NCBI GenBank assembly: GCA_051530055.1
Contig: CM121342.1
Span: 15,329,480 to 15,393,479, forward strand
From: Neoechinorhynchus agilis
Taxonomy: Eukaryota; Animalia; Acanthocephala
Reading direction: 5' to 3'
DNA length: 64,000 bases
Position numbers and translations under genes: made by a program
Shown: positions 36,501 through 49,426 of the stretch, one piece after another
Position numbering within the stretch: position 1 is the stretch's first letter
How the letters are laid out: each line of letters begins with the position of its first letter
Notes under the pieces: model-generated
The model's database searches: none
Told to the model about the DNA's origin: nothing
The model's input: the letters and a program-made list of their open reading frames with translations, nothing else

Positions 36501-38611
36501 TTAAGGAAGTGCAAAACCTGTTGGAAAACATCGAAAATTTGCATTGGTGCCACGAATCTGGGATATATAATCATCATCAATCTTTTTGTAAGCTCGGGAC
36601 GGAATGATTGGATTATGTGAAAAATAGTTTCGCTTCTCACATAGCCTAAAATGTACAAATTAAAAATTGAATTTTCGATATCATACCTTCGATTGTAAGT
36701 GCATCTTGTATTAATATTGGCTCAAAATGTTTAAAGCTTCCTTTTTTCTGACCTAAAACAAATTTTATGAATTCTTGAAAATCAATATCTTCCGTTATGG
36801 ACGATTTTATAATCGAAAGTTCCACTAGAAGGTCGTTCATTACAATCTTGCTATCATCGTAATGTGTTCGCTTTCGTTGTGCTATTTGAGTTTGTTGTAT
36901 GCTCTTTATTGGTATCTCGGTAGTAGTCGGTTCTTTAATTTTAAGTTCTCTTATGATATAGACGAACGAGCTCTTTTCAATGGAATTTTTTCCGTTTACA
37001 TGGGAATTCGACTTTTCCACTAGAAGGTCGTTCATTACAATCTTGCTATCATCGTAATGTGTTCGCTTTCGTTGTGCTATTTGAGTTTGTTGTATGCTCT
37101 TTATTGGTATCTCGGTAGTAGTCGGTTCTTTAATTTTAAGTTCTCTTATGATATAGACGAACGAGCTCTTTTCAATGGAATTTTTTCCGTTTACATGGGA
37201 ATTCGACTTTTCGAATTTTTCAAATTGGTGATTGTTTATCTGATCGATCAATGTATCAAGTAAATCAGCAATTATTACCTATTTTCGTTGTACAAAGACG
37301 GCAGTTAACGATTCGTCTTACGGTGCGATAATGGGGTTCATATGAGTCCTCTTCAGTTAACTGATCACTGAATGCGAACTGACGATATAAGGGAACAAGT
37401 GAGTCCGATTGAAATGTTGTCTAAACAAAAAGCAAAGCCAAATGAGTTTTACTTTTTTAACTTGGAAACATGTGGATAAGTTGGTCTCTACTACATTGCG
37501 ACCGAAAAGATTGTCAATCGACGCAGAATTTCATCGGTAGAGATACAAGTTTAGGAAAGAAGTTTCGACATTCAATATGCTTTCGATAAACTGACAGAGC
37601 TGTGAGAGAGTGGACGTCCCAAATTTAAAGCACGGCGGGGATATTCGTAATAAAATTGGTCGAAGAGCTATTGATTTTCTGCGAGCCTGAAAGGCAAAAG
37701 TTGACTAATTCATTACAAATCCTGATATTAAAAACAACAAGCAACAAAATAAAGTCGAAGCATTACCTCTAAATCAGAAGGTATGAACTTTCTTATTTCT
37801 CGAACTGATCTCAACTTCTTTAATTTATATTCAAATGCGTTCATCTGGCGCGTCAAGATGGTCACCATGTCTTTCAACTGAATATTGTTGTACAGCAGTA
37901 TTTCAGCGGCGATTCTCAAAACATCTTTCAAATCATGTTGATCCAATATCTTATCAGCAGCTTCTTCATTGACGAAATCACTCAAAATTTCTTCAATACT
38001 TGATTTGAACTAAAACGATTTATACAATAAATTCTCATATATTTTACCCTACAAGGTTCTTAGCAAATTTTCCGTCAATGAGCACATCGATTTTCGCTAA
38101 ATGTTTCACTTTTAGATTATTAATTTCTTTGTTTAAGTAGAATTGTGACTTATATCTTTCTTCAATGAATATTAACGATTTCAAATAGTTATCGCTTGAG
38201 AGAATTGAGAGGTTTGTCAGAAGTGTTCTCGAGATAAGAAATCACATACAATATTTCAAATTGCCGTTGACATTCACTCTTCTTTTCAATTTTGGCAACC
38301 AGTAACCTTATAGCTCGAAACTGTTTTCTGTTTGGATTGTCAGTCGAAATTAAGATGTTAGGGGAATTGGAAGTGTTGTCAAAAAAGACAATCAATTCCC
38401 TTATCAGAGTCAACGATCCAAGTTTTACTTCGATTGCCTCTAGCAATTCTTTACATTTTCGGATCAAACTCCTGGCTATATTTTCTAGCATATAGAGCTT
38501 CTCATTGCCGCATTTCTCAGGGGATTTTAAATGGGTGTTCACTCCCGTAATGAACGATTGGACATTTGTTTCGGCGTGTAAAATATAGTTAAGTAATTGT
38601 TCAGAGTTCAT
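33560..38611 (-). CDS. Multi-exon gene, EFCAB5-like (GAF-like segments); exon structure incomplete
   Basis: Exons FFLSTSKNELTNGYRITCPLFNPNQECFGVLVID, LVAHILSN and YLFDCLRLKE...DETHFIV...GMVDINLG follow the order of my recalled EFCAB5 sequence. Whether the 37.7-38.6 kb ORFs belong to the same gene is inferred. Confidence 0.55.
36820..37212. repeat. Perfect 195-bp (65-codon) tandem duplication
   Basis: Units start at 36820 and 37015, appear identical, and stay in frame within ORF 36646-37251. Confidence 0.95.
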
Positions 38612-39775
38612 TAGTATTCCAGTCCATCAAAGTAAAAAAGCTTTAATCACCATGGATACACACGGATAAAAACTATTCGTTTGAATATTATTCGAATTTA
38701 TCACAATATTGCGTTTCAAATCAGTTTATATCCATCGAGTATCCTTCTCAGTGGTCAAGCTAAAAAAATGAAATTACAACTAAGGCAAATATTGTTCAAT
38801 TTCAAGGTCGAACATTTTTTGTACCATTTGTAATACAAGATCACAGAACTATTAATACGACAAAAGCTATTTTTTAATTTATTTGAATAAATCTTTGGCA
38901 ACGTAGTGGACTTCTATAAACCATTCCTCTTCTACCCTTCTTCGGGTTGCATCAACTTATTGGCTTCCCAACTCGTCTTGACGCTCACCTTGACAAAATG
39001 TTCACAAATATCGACGTCTGCTCATCCGCCTCTAGGCTCCCTCCCCCGCGAATCGTGACCATTCCTCTGCCCTTATAAATCCCTCCACCCCACTTCAGCG
39101 TATAAAATCTTCCCGTTTACGTCTGAGATAAACGTGATCATCACATCCAAAATTTTATAAAATTATTCAACTATAATATTCGCACATTCAACTCTGACAA
39201 CACAAATGCCCCTTCCCTGGCAATGTCCTCCCTGACCTCAATCATAAAAAATTCCCTAACTTCAACAATTCCCAAGAAATTCATTAGGATCTCCAACCAC
39301 GACCCGCTCTTCAACGGCAAGCTTCTAGGGCCCATCGCAATAGCTCTCTAGACTTTCCCCGTTTACAAAAAGCACTAACTAACAAAATACTTATCGCCCG
39401 AAAAACTTTCTTTCCTCCAAAGTTGGTTAATGTGGCAATTCAACATGGTGGCGGAGCCCTAATTTGCCCTCCACTGATTTAAAACAAGTTCTAGATTCTA
39501 TCAATCATAACCTCTGCACTGACTCAACTTACAATCTCTGCTCTACATCTGACACCACACAATCTTTCACGCCCACATCTGAAACTTTTGTCAACTCGAA
39601 GATACTCCCCTTAGTTTCCTCATACGAAGTACTACAGCATCTCAAGAAATTCATCCCAAAATGGCTCTTCGGTACATCATCCCGAAATCATCGACCCTCT
39701 TACCCACATTATGAACTATAGCTTTTTATATGGCATTTACCCCTTATGCCTGAAAACTGCGAAAGTAGTTCTCCC

Positions 39776-40554
39776 ACAACAACTTTCTTCATGCTTTTCT
39801 CTTCTCGGGGTCGCACAAAAACTTGCAGTCTTAAGACTTCACACACACCTTCGCCCCGTTTCTCTCTCAAACGTCGGTCCTCAGTCACACAATCTTTCCA
39901 TCGTTTTCTCGGCCTTCCGCGTCTCCTGGTCCCTTCGATTTCCATTTTCTCAACTTTTCGAATAAATCGATTCGGCTCTTCACTTTTCACCATGTCGCTC
40001 TGTTTCGCGATAGCTTCCTTCACGTCCTCCACCTTCGTTGACCACCGGACCGCATTATTTGGGATAATTTTTTGCCTGGTCACCCCACACATGCACCTAA
40101 TCATCTTCATTTCATCCTCGGCCTGCATTCGCTTGATCTGATTGGCAGTGTTCCATGTCTCCGCCCCATATAACATGGCTGGTCTGATTGCCATCTTGAA
40201 GACTACCTTTCAAGACCAGAGGTACTTTGCTATCATACAAGATCCTAGTTAGGCTTTTCCACTTCATCCATCCGCTATTTATTCTCGATGAAATCTGGGC
40301 GGTGATTTCGTTTTGCATCGGCACTATAGAGAGCCGAGGTACTTGAATCTGTCGGATTTCTGCAGCCGTCTCTTGAAAGGATATGCTTTCAGTTCCCACG
40401 TAGACTGATTTCTCCCCCGGGAAATTTTTAGACCTCGACTTTCCAGAGCTTTCCTCCATTTCTCTAGGTCATTGTTGAGATCCTGTAAATTATAGCTGGA
40501 GAGGACGATATCGTCGGCGAAAACCATGTTCCATGGCGGGCCTTTATTGATCGG
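39776..40554 (-). mobile_element. 5'-truncated RTE (BovB-like) fragment with an ~18-bp imperfect TSD
   Basis: FADDIVL, GWMKWKSL, IRPAMLYGAETW, RRRGRPRKRW. Flanks are tgcgaaagtagttctccc (39758-39775) and tgctaaagcagttcttcc (40555-40572). Confidence 0.85.
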
Positions 40555-41143
40555 TGCTAAAGCAGTTCTTCCGAAAAATGGATATCCGATTTCCACCGAA
40601 TCATTCCGCCCAATATCCATTCTGCCCCCTCTCTCAATAGTTATCGAAAAATGTTTTAAATCTCGTCTTCTTCCACTTCTCAACAATAAATTATCGCCTC
40701 TACAATTCGTCGCGTGACCCAAATTTTCTGCAACGGATAACTTACTTTGTATTTATGACACTCTCCTACTCCATTTCGACAATAATCTCTCCCACTTCAC
40801 CAGTCTCATTGAAGTGTATTTGTCGAAAGCATTCGACTCCGTAGATCATTCGCTCCTTCTCCGGGCTTGCTCCGATTTTGGTCTCAACTTATGGCAGATC
40901 CGCTGGCTCGCCCCTTATCGTAACAATGGCCAACAATACATTAACTGAAGGGCTAAGTTATCACCTCAACATGTCGTCCTGTCACTACTTCTTTTTAATA
41001 CTTTCCTAAACGACCTCAAACCTCTCTCCTCTCACTAAACGTTTCTTACATACCGACGATCTCACCCTCATCACTCAATCACCAGTCTACCACTCCCCCT
41101 CCTTAACCTTTAATGAAATCAAACAAATCAAAGATTTCTACAC

Positions 41144-42310
41144 GTGGAAGATGAGATCGGTCATATCATACCGAAACTTTCGTTGCTGTGCGATAGGGTG
41201 AGCGCTCTCTCGGCTCATGAAGCCTTGTTTCTCATAAAAAACGCCCTCTTCATCCCCAAATTATTGTACAAGGTTCGTACAGCAACATTTTTCAAACATA
41301 AGGAAGGATTGGCTAAGCTCGACAGCAAGGTGAGGGCTTGTCTCGAGCGCATTTTAAATGTCCAGCTCTCAGATGAGGCGTGGCGACAAGCTTCTTTGCC
41401 TGTGTCATCTGGGGGATTGGGGATTGGGGATCCGGGCACTAGTGGACCTTGCTTTGCCGGCCTTTCTTGGATCGTTTGAGGGGAGCCTACCAGTATCGAG
41501 GAAAATTTTGCAGGAAAAGTTCCGTCTTGACCGGGATTTCGCGGTGGCGGTTGAGGAATGGTGCCAGCAGACAGGCGCTAACCATGTTCCCGTGAATGGC
41601 CTCAGACAGTCGATCTGGGACGGACCTCTTATCACGAGAGCTCACAGCTCTCTACTTTCAGGTTCTCGCGATGGGTCGTCCGAGCTAGACTGTTGGCAGT
41701 TTCAACACGAGAATCTGGGGCGTGGTTGAAGGTTGTTCCTCTGGCATCAGTGGGAACTCTTCTTACTGATGAGGTAAATAGGATCGCAGTATCCTTAAGA
41801 CTTAGTCTCCCGATATGCACGCCCCATCGCTGTCGATGTGGGTCTTTGGTTGATGCTTTCGGGCGACACGGTCTCGTCTGCAGAAGGTCAGCAGGAAGGT
41901 TCTCACGCCATTCTGAAATCAATGACGCAATTTCTCGGGCGTTGAGAACGGCGAACTTCCCGAACATTCTGAAACCCGCCCACCTTTGTCGACTAGACGG
42001 CCGTAGGCCCGATGGAATTTCGGTCTTCCCGTGGCGGGAGGGCAGATGCCTTCTCTGGGGCGCCACGTGTGTGGACATCCTCGCAGTCAGCGTGGTGCCG
42101 CCAGTGCAGCGGCACTATTTTGTCCCCTTTGGGGTAGATACGTATGGAGCGCTCGGCATTGACAGAGGCAACCGGAGACTCAAGAGCAGGTGTATTCCTT
42201 CGACAAAATATCTCGCTGGCAGTACAATGAGGCAATGCTACCAGCGTGATGGCGACGGTCGAGGAAGGACAAAAGCTGGAATTTGGCGGGAGGTGGTGAG
42301 TGTGCTTCAA
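41144..42310 (+). mobile_element. CRE-like non-LTR element, 3' part (zinc finger + restriction-like endonuclease)
   Basis: WRQASLPVSSGGLG, CRCG...HGLVC, RHSEIND, RPDG..VFPW..G..LLW..TC and QNISLAVQ.GNA. Confidence 0.85.
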
Positions 42311-42469
42311 ACAGATCGTTTGAATTGTTAAAAATATATTACGTTCTTTTGAAAAAAAATCACAAACTCTACCTGAATTTCTCTAAATGTCATATATCAT
42401 TGTCTTCGGAATGAATTTGATTATACGTTGGCGAATCCTGTCTCCGGTGTTGTCGTTACTCATTTATTT

Positions 42470-42508
42470 GAGAAATATTTCGCAAGGTTTTCCTTGCCTC
42501 TTCAGTCT
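42470..42508 (-). ncRNA. Hammerhead ribozyme motif (inverted copy)
   Basis: aga-CTGAAGA-g-gcaagg-aaaa-ccttgc-GAA-ATAT-T-tct; stem I is 3 bp. Confidence 0.72.
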
Positions 42509-42885
42509 ATCTTAAATGTAATGATATAAACAACATGCACAACCGGTCATGTCTGGATGCAGCTCAGATCCGCGGGTTTGCAAACCAGCACAAGGTGGAT
42601 TTTGAAAAAACGGCATTCCTAACCAGCGAACCGGATCTAATAAGAAGACTGATTCTTGAGGCCATTCACATCCGGGGAAGTCCAACGATGGAAGGCAACA
42701 AATCAAACTTTACTCTGGTGTTTCCAAAGTTGCGTAGCATGACGAACAAATTAGTTGGCAACAAACCGCAAGAGGTGTGCGTGGATCGAACCCCCCACAC
42801 TTCGGGTATTAGCAAACCCGCGGATCTGAGCTACATAGAGACGTGACCTGCTGTGCATGCTGTTTATGTCATTCCATTTTAGATA

Positions 42886-42925
42886 GAGACTGAAGAGGCA
42901 AGGAAAACCTTGCGAAATATTTCTC
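42886..42925 (+). ncRNA. Minimal type-I hammerhead ribozyme motif
   Basis: gaga-CTGAAGA-g-gcaagg-aaaa-ccttgc-GAA-ATAT-T-tctc: 4-bp stem I, perfect 6-bp stem II, palindromic stem III. Confidence 0.82.
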
Positions 42926-44479
42926 AAATAAATAAATGAGTAACGACAACACCGGGGACAGGATTCGCCAACGTACAATTTCTCTAAATGCTTCGAAAGG
43001 ATCCCTTCAATCTCTCGCAATGCCACATCCTACCCCGATCTTCCAAATGACATCCTACCCCGATCTTCCAAATGACATCCTACGAGTCACCTCCCTCAGA
43101 ATGTTAGGTATAAAATTTTCATAAAACAATCAAAACGCATCTCAACCCTACCACCACATTTTTTACTACATGTCGTCCTCTTTCATGTAAGCACAACACT
43201 CGCAATCTCAATTCCTTTCATCATCCTCTACCTCGCACGTCCCTATACCTTCGTTCCTTTTTCCATACTGCCCAAGCTTCCCTTATATCATAACCTGAAA
43301 TGAACCTAAGGAAAGACCAACCTCACAAGCTCTCCTGCAAACAATAACCACCATTCCTCACCAGAAGGGACATCCACCTACCCGATATTCTCAAACGAAC
43401 GGACATATTTCACCCGTACGGACATCCCTCCACTGGATATTGCTCATCCTAACGGATACGCTTTTTTGAAAAACTTTGAACTCGAGTGTTTTGAGTACCA
43501 AACGGTAGATGCGTCCTATTCTTTGTATTTTGTACCAATAAACGTGTTAGTATTATAACGTGGAACAGCAAATGAAATAAAGACTTGCAACACATTTTAA
43601 AGATCATAGACTTAATGAAAATATATAATTTGAGGAGCCGATTGTCTTAAAATCTATCACGTTTACTAAAAAGGTGACTGACTACCTTTGTCGCTTTCTG
43701 CAGCAATCCCTTTTTGTGTGAATTTGATAGAATGGCTGACAAAAGAGTTGCTACCAAATAAACATTCGTTATGGGGCAATATGTAAATTTGCTTTTGATC
43801 GTTAATATTTTTGCAGCGACCACAATTGTATCTTGAGATGTTTAGAAATTATCACAGGCAGACATTTATTATGTCCTCGATGCAACAAATTCGTAGAAGC
43901 TGACTATTGTTGCAACGATAATAAGAGTGAGAATCGTTCAGTTGGTTTAAGACAAAAAGTGGATAATTATCATAATGTTATTGAGTGAACCCGTACGCTT
44001 CTTCAGCCAATTAGACAAAGTTACTATGCTGATCATTTAAGATATTCCCATAATTTAATTTTTGTAACATTTTTACCATTGACAAATAGATCGTGGTATT
44101 TTTTATTCACATATTATAATAAACATAATTCTTAATGGAGGGAATCGAAGTTAATAAACCCCTGGAACTTAATAAGATTTAGTATAACAAGGCTAAAATC
44201 AAACGTGATGGCCACTCACTGAGTCAGTTAGTGAACACGAAACATATACTTTCTAAATGAATTTTGTTGTTCATAAACAATTTAAACGAGAGTCTAGAAC
44301 AATTCAAGCGATTTGAAATGCGCTTTTGTGATTAATGGGAACACAAATAAATCGTTTATTTTTTGGAGATTGTAAAATTGAAAGACATTTTTCGATCCGA
44401 TCACTATAAGCTTTGACCTAACAATAATTTTTTGTACTTTTCTAGGTTTTACGATAGTAAAGTACAAAACGTGCAATCA

Positions 44480-44610
44480 CCACCGTCCGCAAAATAGAAG
44501 CTTCTCTCCTTCCTCGGCTGTCGCTATCACGCTAGCAGCATTGCCTCGTTGTACTGCAAGCGAGATATTTTGTCGCAGTAAATCAACTCAGTTTGAGGCA
44601 ATGTGGCTCA
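44480..44610 (-). mobile_element. CRE-like 3' fragment
   Basis: LRQNISLAVQRGNAASVIAT, with clear DNA similarity to 42195-42300. Confidence 0.7.
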
Positions 44611-45895
44611 TTGGAAAACCTTGAATTGCAAAATTTCACGTTCAAAAGTGTTCATTTTGACCATTTTGGTGATTCCTTTTCTCACATGCATTTTAATTCG
44701 TTACTAAAAAGGGGTCTCAAAATCGCATTGATGAAAAATCGCATGCCTGAAGAAAGCTTGCCACTCAGACAAGTTATTAATAAAAGCAATATGATTGGCG
44801 CCATGTGCTGAAGGGATCGTCTTCTTCAGGCGTAAATCGTGCCACATAATCATCGCTCTGAGAGACAAAGAGCTCCTTTGGTAAGATGGCGTTTTTGTTC
44901 CCAAAAAAGGCGACATGACGGAGCAGACATAACATCGTTGCACTCTTTCTTTTGAGATAGTGACTTATTCAGCAGTTGCTCAAGACGTGAGTTTTGCTCT
45001 ACTTAGGATTTACATTTTTAAAGCTCCACCGAACAATGGATGAAAATTCAATTGAACAATCAGGAAAAACGCATACTTGAACAACAACACATTTTAGGCA
45101 ACGTGACTTTGGTGGCATTTGAGGTCTCTTGTGCCGAGAGATCCTCGTCACAATAATACGAGAGTTCGAAATCATAAGCATTTTTCGAACCCAGTGACGA
45201 AACGGTGCGCCGTTTTAGCGGGTATTACAGTTTTGGGTGTTTTGCTCGAAAGCTTTATTCGAGCTTTATCGAAAATTTGACAGAAATGATGGTCAAAAAA
45301 ATCATTCGGTTACTTTTCGTTAAAATATTAAGATTTAAAAATTCTGACTCCAGCACCCTACATTGGTTTGGGACTTACCACCTTCATGAATACGTCGACG
45401 GAAAACGCTGTAGAAAACTCATGCACGAAGACTTGTTTTTTATTGTAGACGGCGCTGCTGAGACATACGCGTTCCGTATCCGGCTAGCGACCGTATCTTT
45501 TGAATCTCTGAGATAATTATCTTTTTTTAGGTTCTTGCTCTTCGTTCAACTGTCTACTGAAATACTGTTGGCTAATTTGTGCCAACGGTCAGTTCGTTTA
45601 GATCCTTGTGGTTTGTTTTTTTACGCCAAAGTTAACCTTCACCAAGAGTATCGCTAAACATAACTTTAGTCCGTCAAATAACTGAATAATTAAAAAAATC
45701 ACGGTAGCAACCTAAATAAACATTGCCCGATTTCGCTTTAGGGTGTTTGTATTTTACAAAATTATTGAGGAAAATATCCATTTTCTAAAGCCGCACTCAG
45801 CCCCTGCCCTATCACTGATCAATCGTGATAAAATCAATAAAGGACAACTTATATGAAGGATTGCATTCGGGTGTGGTTAGAGATGTTGTTATTTA

Positions 45896-46266
45896 GGCCG
45901 CTTGTCGACACCCGAGGGAGATCGTTAAAGTCAAAAATATATTTCGACTGATTGAATCAGTGATTGTTAATTCAATCTAAAAAATTGCATAGCAATTTGT
46001 CACAAACACACGACATGATTGTTCGTTTTGACTCGGGAACCCGGGATCGTCAACTCCGTAGATTGCTTCCCTGGGTGCATTTAGGCCAACTATGCATAAT
46101 TGGAGGGATACTTTCTGGTTCCAGAGTCAAAACGAACAATCATGTTGTGTGTTTGTGACAAATTCCTCTGTAATTTTTTAGATTGAATTGACAGTGACTC
46201 TGATTCAATTAATTGAAATATTCATTCGTCTTTAATGCGATCTCCCTCGGATGTCGACAAGCGACC
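45896..46266. mobile_element. PIF/Harbinger (Tourist-like) MITE, 371 bp
   Basis: ~150-bp imperfect TIRs starting GG(C/T)CGCTTGTCGACA, with TTA on both sides (45893-45895 and 46267-46269). Confidence 0.75.
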
Positions 46267-47268
46267 TTAATAACAAAAAAGGAAAACTTGCTAAACCTGA
46301 TGCATTGAGACGCTCGTTCAAAAAGAAGATCCGTTTTCAATTTCATCTGCTGGAAAATCGTTGATTTCCAGGAGTAACATGGATCTCCACATTATCTTAT
46401 TCAATTGTTTTGCACGATTGTACTCTCAATTTGAAGGATTCTAAATTAGATAGCACCACTCTGCAACGCTAGTAATCTCTTTTCTGGTCGATATTTTTAA
46501 GTCTTTTGCGGTTTGAATATATTGATAACACGTTTTATTTGTTAATGCAAAAAAAACATGTCCACTATTCCTCGAAGTTTGTAAGGATTAAGAGCGTGCC
46601 CCAAATTTTCTTCCTTTAGAACTTATGTAGCCGTAACTCTTAACGTACGACATTTTCTAATTTATTTTACTGGTGTAATGGCCAAGTCTAGATTTGTTTT
46701 AATTCGTGTCGTAAACTTGCTTCTTGTACTAAAAATTCCTTTCTTTTATAAGATAGCCACCGTTTTGATCTTTAGTGCGTTACATATCGTAAAACAATTG
46801 CATAAAAATTGGAGAGTGATTTTATTTTCTATTCGTTCACAATGAATGTTTATATAATCGGTTATTTCACCATTCGGCATTTCTTAAAAGTTGAGCTAAT
46901 CGTAAAATTCTTTGGTCGTCGTATACTCTTTTCCATTCTCTCACTTGGTTGTTTATAGTTAGTTCTGTATGTGAAATAAAAATGTAGCACGTTAGTTGAA
47001 AGCTTCATGGGGTTCGCGATTTTTCCATCATTTATTATATGCATTATATGAGAAAACCGCTTATATGGACTGATAATTAAACTTCGTCGAAGTTTACGAT
47101 GTTCTCCATAAATCGCAAATAATATTTACCATGAAGCAATCTCTCCTATTCGCTTTTTGCCTTGTGCATCGGATAGTTTTACTCTAAAAATCAGCAGATT
47201 TATATAAAGTGAACATTGCGATTCGATTCCTATATTCCGTAGAAATCAATGCATATTTACGATTTTAG

Positions 47269-49426
47269 ATGACTGATCATACAGTTTCAACCGCGTTAAT
47301 GGATCAAAAGATAGTAGAGGTTTCATTAGATATTGGTAAATGGGCTTCCCGATTGTCAAAAGTTGGACTCTTTTGTTTCGCTGTCGGGACAGCTTATTAC
47401 CTCGGAAAGAAGAAAGCGGAATCTATGGTCCCTAAGCAGTATGAAGGGACGCATATTAAGGACGAGGTAAGTTGATTGATCATTCATTGTTCTCATATTT
47501 ATCCCAAAAACAGTTGGATGGTATTTTTAGTAAATTCCGGCTTTCCGATGAAACTCTTCATCATTTTATGGATCTTTTGGAACTACATATGGATCTTGGA
47601 CTGGATCCTAGACCAAAGAGACCATCGGATCTTAAAATGCTACCGTCATACGTTCGTCATTTGCCAGATCGAACTGAAAGTGGACGTATTTTGGCGTTGG
47701 ATCTCGGCGGAACTAATTTTCGAGTCCTAGATGTAAATCTACGTGAAGATAAAACAGTCGATTGTTCATCGAAGATTTTCTTAATGCCAGAGAGAATAAT
47801 GATTGGAACCGGCGAGGACCTGTTTGACTACATTGCCGAGTGCATTGCTAGTTATGCGAGAAGTCAACGAATGCCACGCCACAAAGGAGCACTTCCACTA
47901 GGATTCACGTTTAGTTTTCCATGTCAGCAGCTCGCCATTAACTCGGCTGTATTGCTGAATTGGACGAAAGGATTCAAATCCACAGGATGTGAAGGGAAAG
48001 ATATCACTCGAATGTTAGATGATGCGTTCGCTCGGCGAGCGGACATCAAAGTTGACACTGTCGCTGTTTTGAACGATACGGTAGGTACTATGTTAAGCTC
48101 CGCCTACGATTATGATGATTGCCGAGTTGGTGTCATATTCGGTGAGATCCCAGGAGTCTAAACCATCTTTAACTTCCGAAATTCCCTCTAGGAACCGGCA
48201 CTAACGCTTGTTACATGGAGAAACTTTCAAAGATAAAAACCTGGAACGGGGACGATAATGAGCCAAAAGAGGTATGTCTCAAAGATTTTGTTGAAATGCG
48301 GATATGACCTTTTTACTTCTGTTAAATTTATCTGAGTTAAAAAGTCTTCATGCTTAATTAGACGTTCCATTGTAGTAAATATTAAATATTTAGCTTATCC
48401 GTTGTATCCTCAGGTTATTGTTCAAAAGTTATTGCCGCAAAAAATGAGAATAGTGAATTACATGATTATTTATTTTAATCGCGATCACGCTTCCCTCTGT
48501 TATTTGAGCGTCAATAAAAGAAAACTTTAGCGAGTAATTTCTAAGAATATTGTTTGGCCTAGTATGTAGATCATCGAAAAGTGGACTATTCTGATAAAAA
48601 TTTGCTGGATTTTACCCAATTCTGCAAAACGAGTTTTTTTATGCTTAGGTTATTATAAATACTGAATGGGGAGCCTTCGGCGACAGCGGATGTCTTAAAT
48701 TCATCCAAACCGAATACGACGACGAGATGGATGCCGCCTCAACGAATCGAGGGAAACAGAGATTTGAGAAGATGATTTCAGGAATGTACATGGGAGAATT
48801 GGTCCGCACGATCATGATGGACTTGGTAGATCGCGATTTACTTTTTCGTGGTCTCCTTACCAAGCCAATCGAAAAAATGCCCGACACGAAAGCCCTAGTA
48901 TCAAGAGGATCGTTTTATACTCAATTGGTTTCTGAAATGGAGACCGATCAAGGTATATAGACTGCGAATTTGTATTACCACGTATATTTCAAATCAAAAT
49001 GACTTCTAGGTGTTTCTTATCCAGCTACAAAAGCTCTATTACAGCGACATGGAATTCCGGGAGCTTCATTTGAGGACTGTGCAATCACTAGGCATATTTG
49101 CGAGTGCGTCTCGGGCAGAGCTGCGCAGTTGGCCGCTGCTGCAATTGCGGTTTTGATTAACCGAGTTGACCGAGATCGTGTTGTGGTTGCTGTTGACGGG
49201 TCACTCTATAGATATCATCCAAAGTTCAAGAAGACTTTAGATGCCACATTGTCAAGACTCGTCAATAGACAAGTCAGGGTAAAATGATTTTTTTTGAGGC
49301 TTTAAAAACTTTTGTTCAAAGTATCGCTTGGTTCTTAGTGAAGATGGAAGCGGTCGCGGGGCTGCTATCTGTGCTGCAGTTCAAAACAGAGTAAGACACT
49401 CTATGAAGGTCAAAACCTCCGTGTGA
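47269..49426 (+). CDS. HK: Single-domain hexokinase; exons 47269-47466, 47514-48141, 48192-48271, 48649-48952, 49010-49278, 49322-49426
   Basis: LALDLGGTNFRV, LGFTFSFP, NWTKGF, LNDTVGT, G|TGTNACYME, INTEWGAFG, FEKMISGMYMGEL, AVDGSLY, SEDGSGRGAA. All junctions are canonical. Confidence 0.96.

Larger units (their letters stand above)
42422..42977 (+). mobile_element. Short PLE remnant (GIY-YIG tail) with inverted pseudo-LTRs (42422-42540 and 42853-42977)
   Basis: HKVDFEKTAFL..RRLILEAIHI...EGN, flanked by ~120-bp inverted repeats that each carry a hammerhead motif. Confidence 0.8.
38890..43330 (+). mobile_element. Decayed CR1/L2-like LINE (family B) split by three insertions; pieces ~38890-39775, 40555-41143, 42990-43330
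   Basis: Collinear with family A and with 55079-56500 (shared gataaacgtgatcatca, KAFDSVDH and YTDD). A 25-bp tandem repeat lies at 43025-43083. Confidence 0.75.

Noticed and set aside
37300-37365. Minus-strand CTGAAGA...GAATCGT with cagttaa/ttaactg pairing, hammerhead-like
   Set aside because: No stem II, A15.1 mutated, no valid NUH; the pairing is explained by a local palindrome.
44700-45560. Possible exons or piggyBac-like transposase relic on the minus strand
   Set aside because: Fragments look coding but give no consistent frame or diagnostic DDD/cysteine-rich motif.
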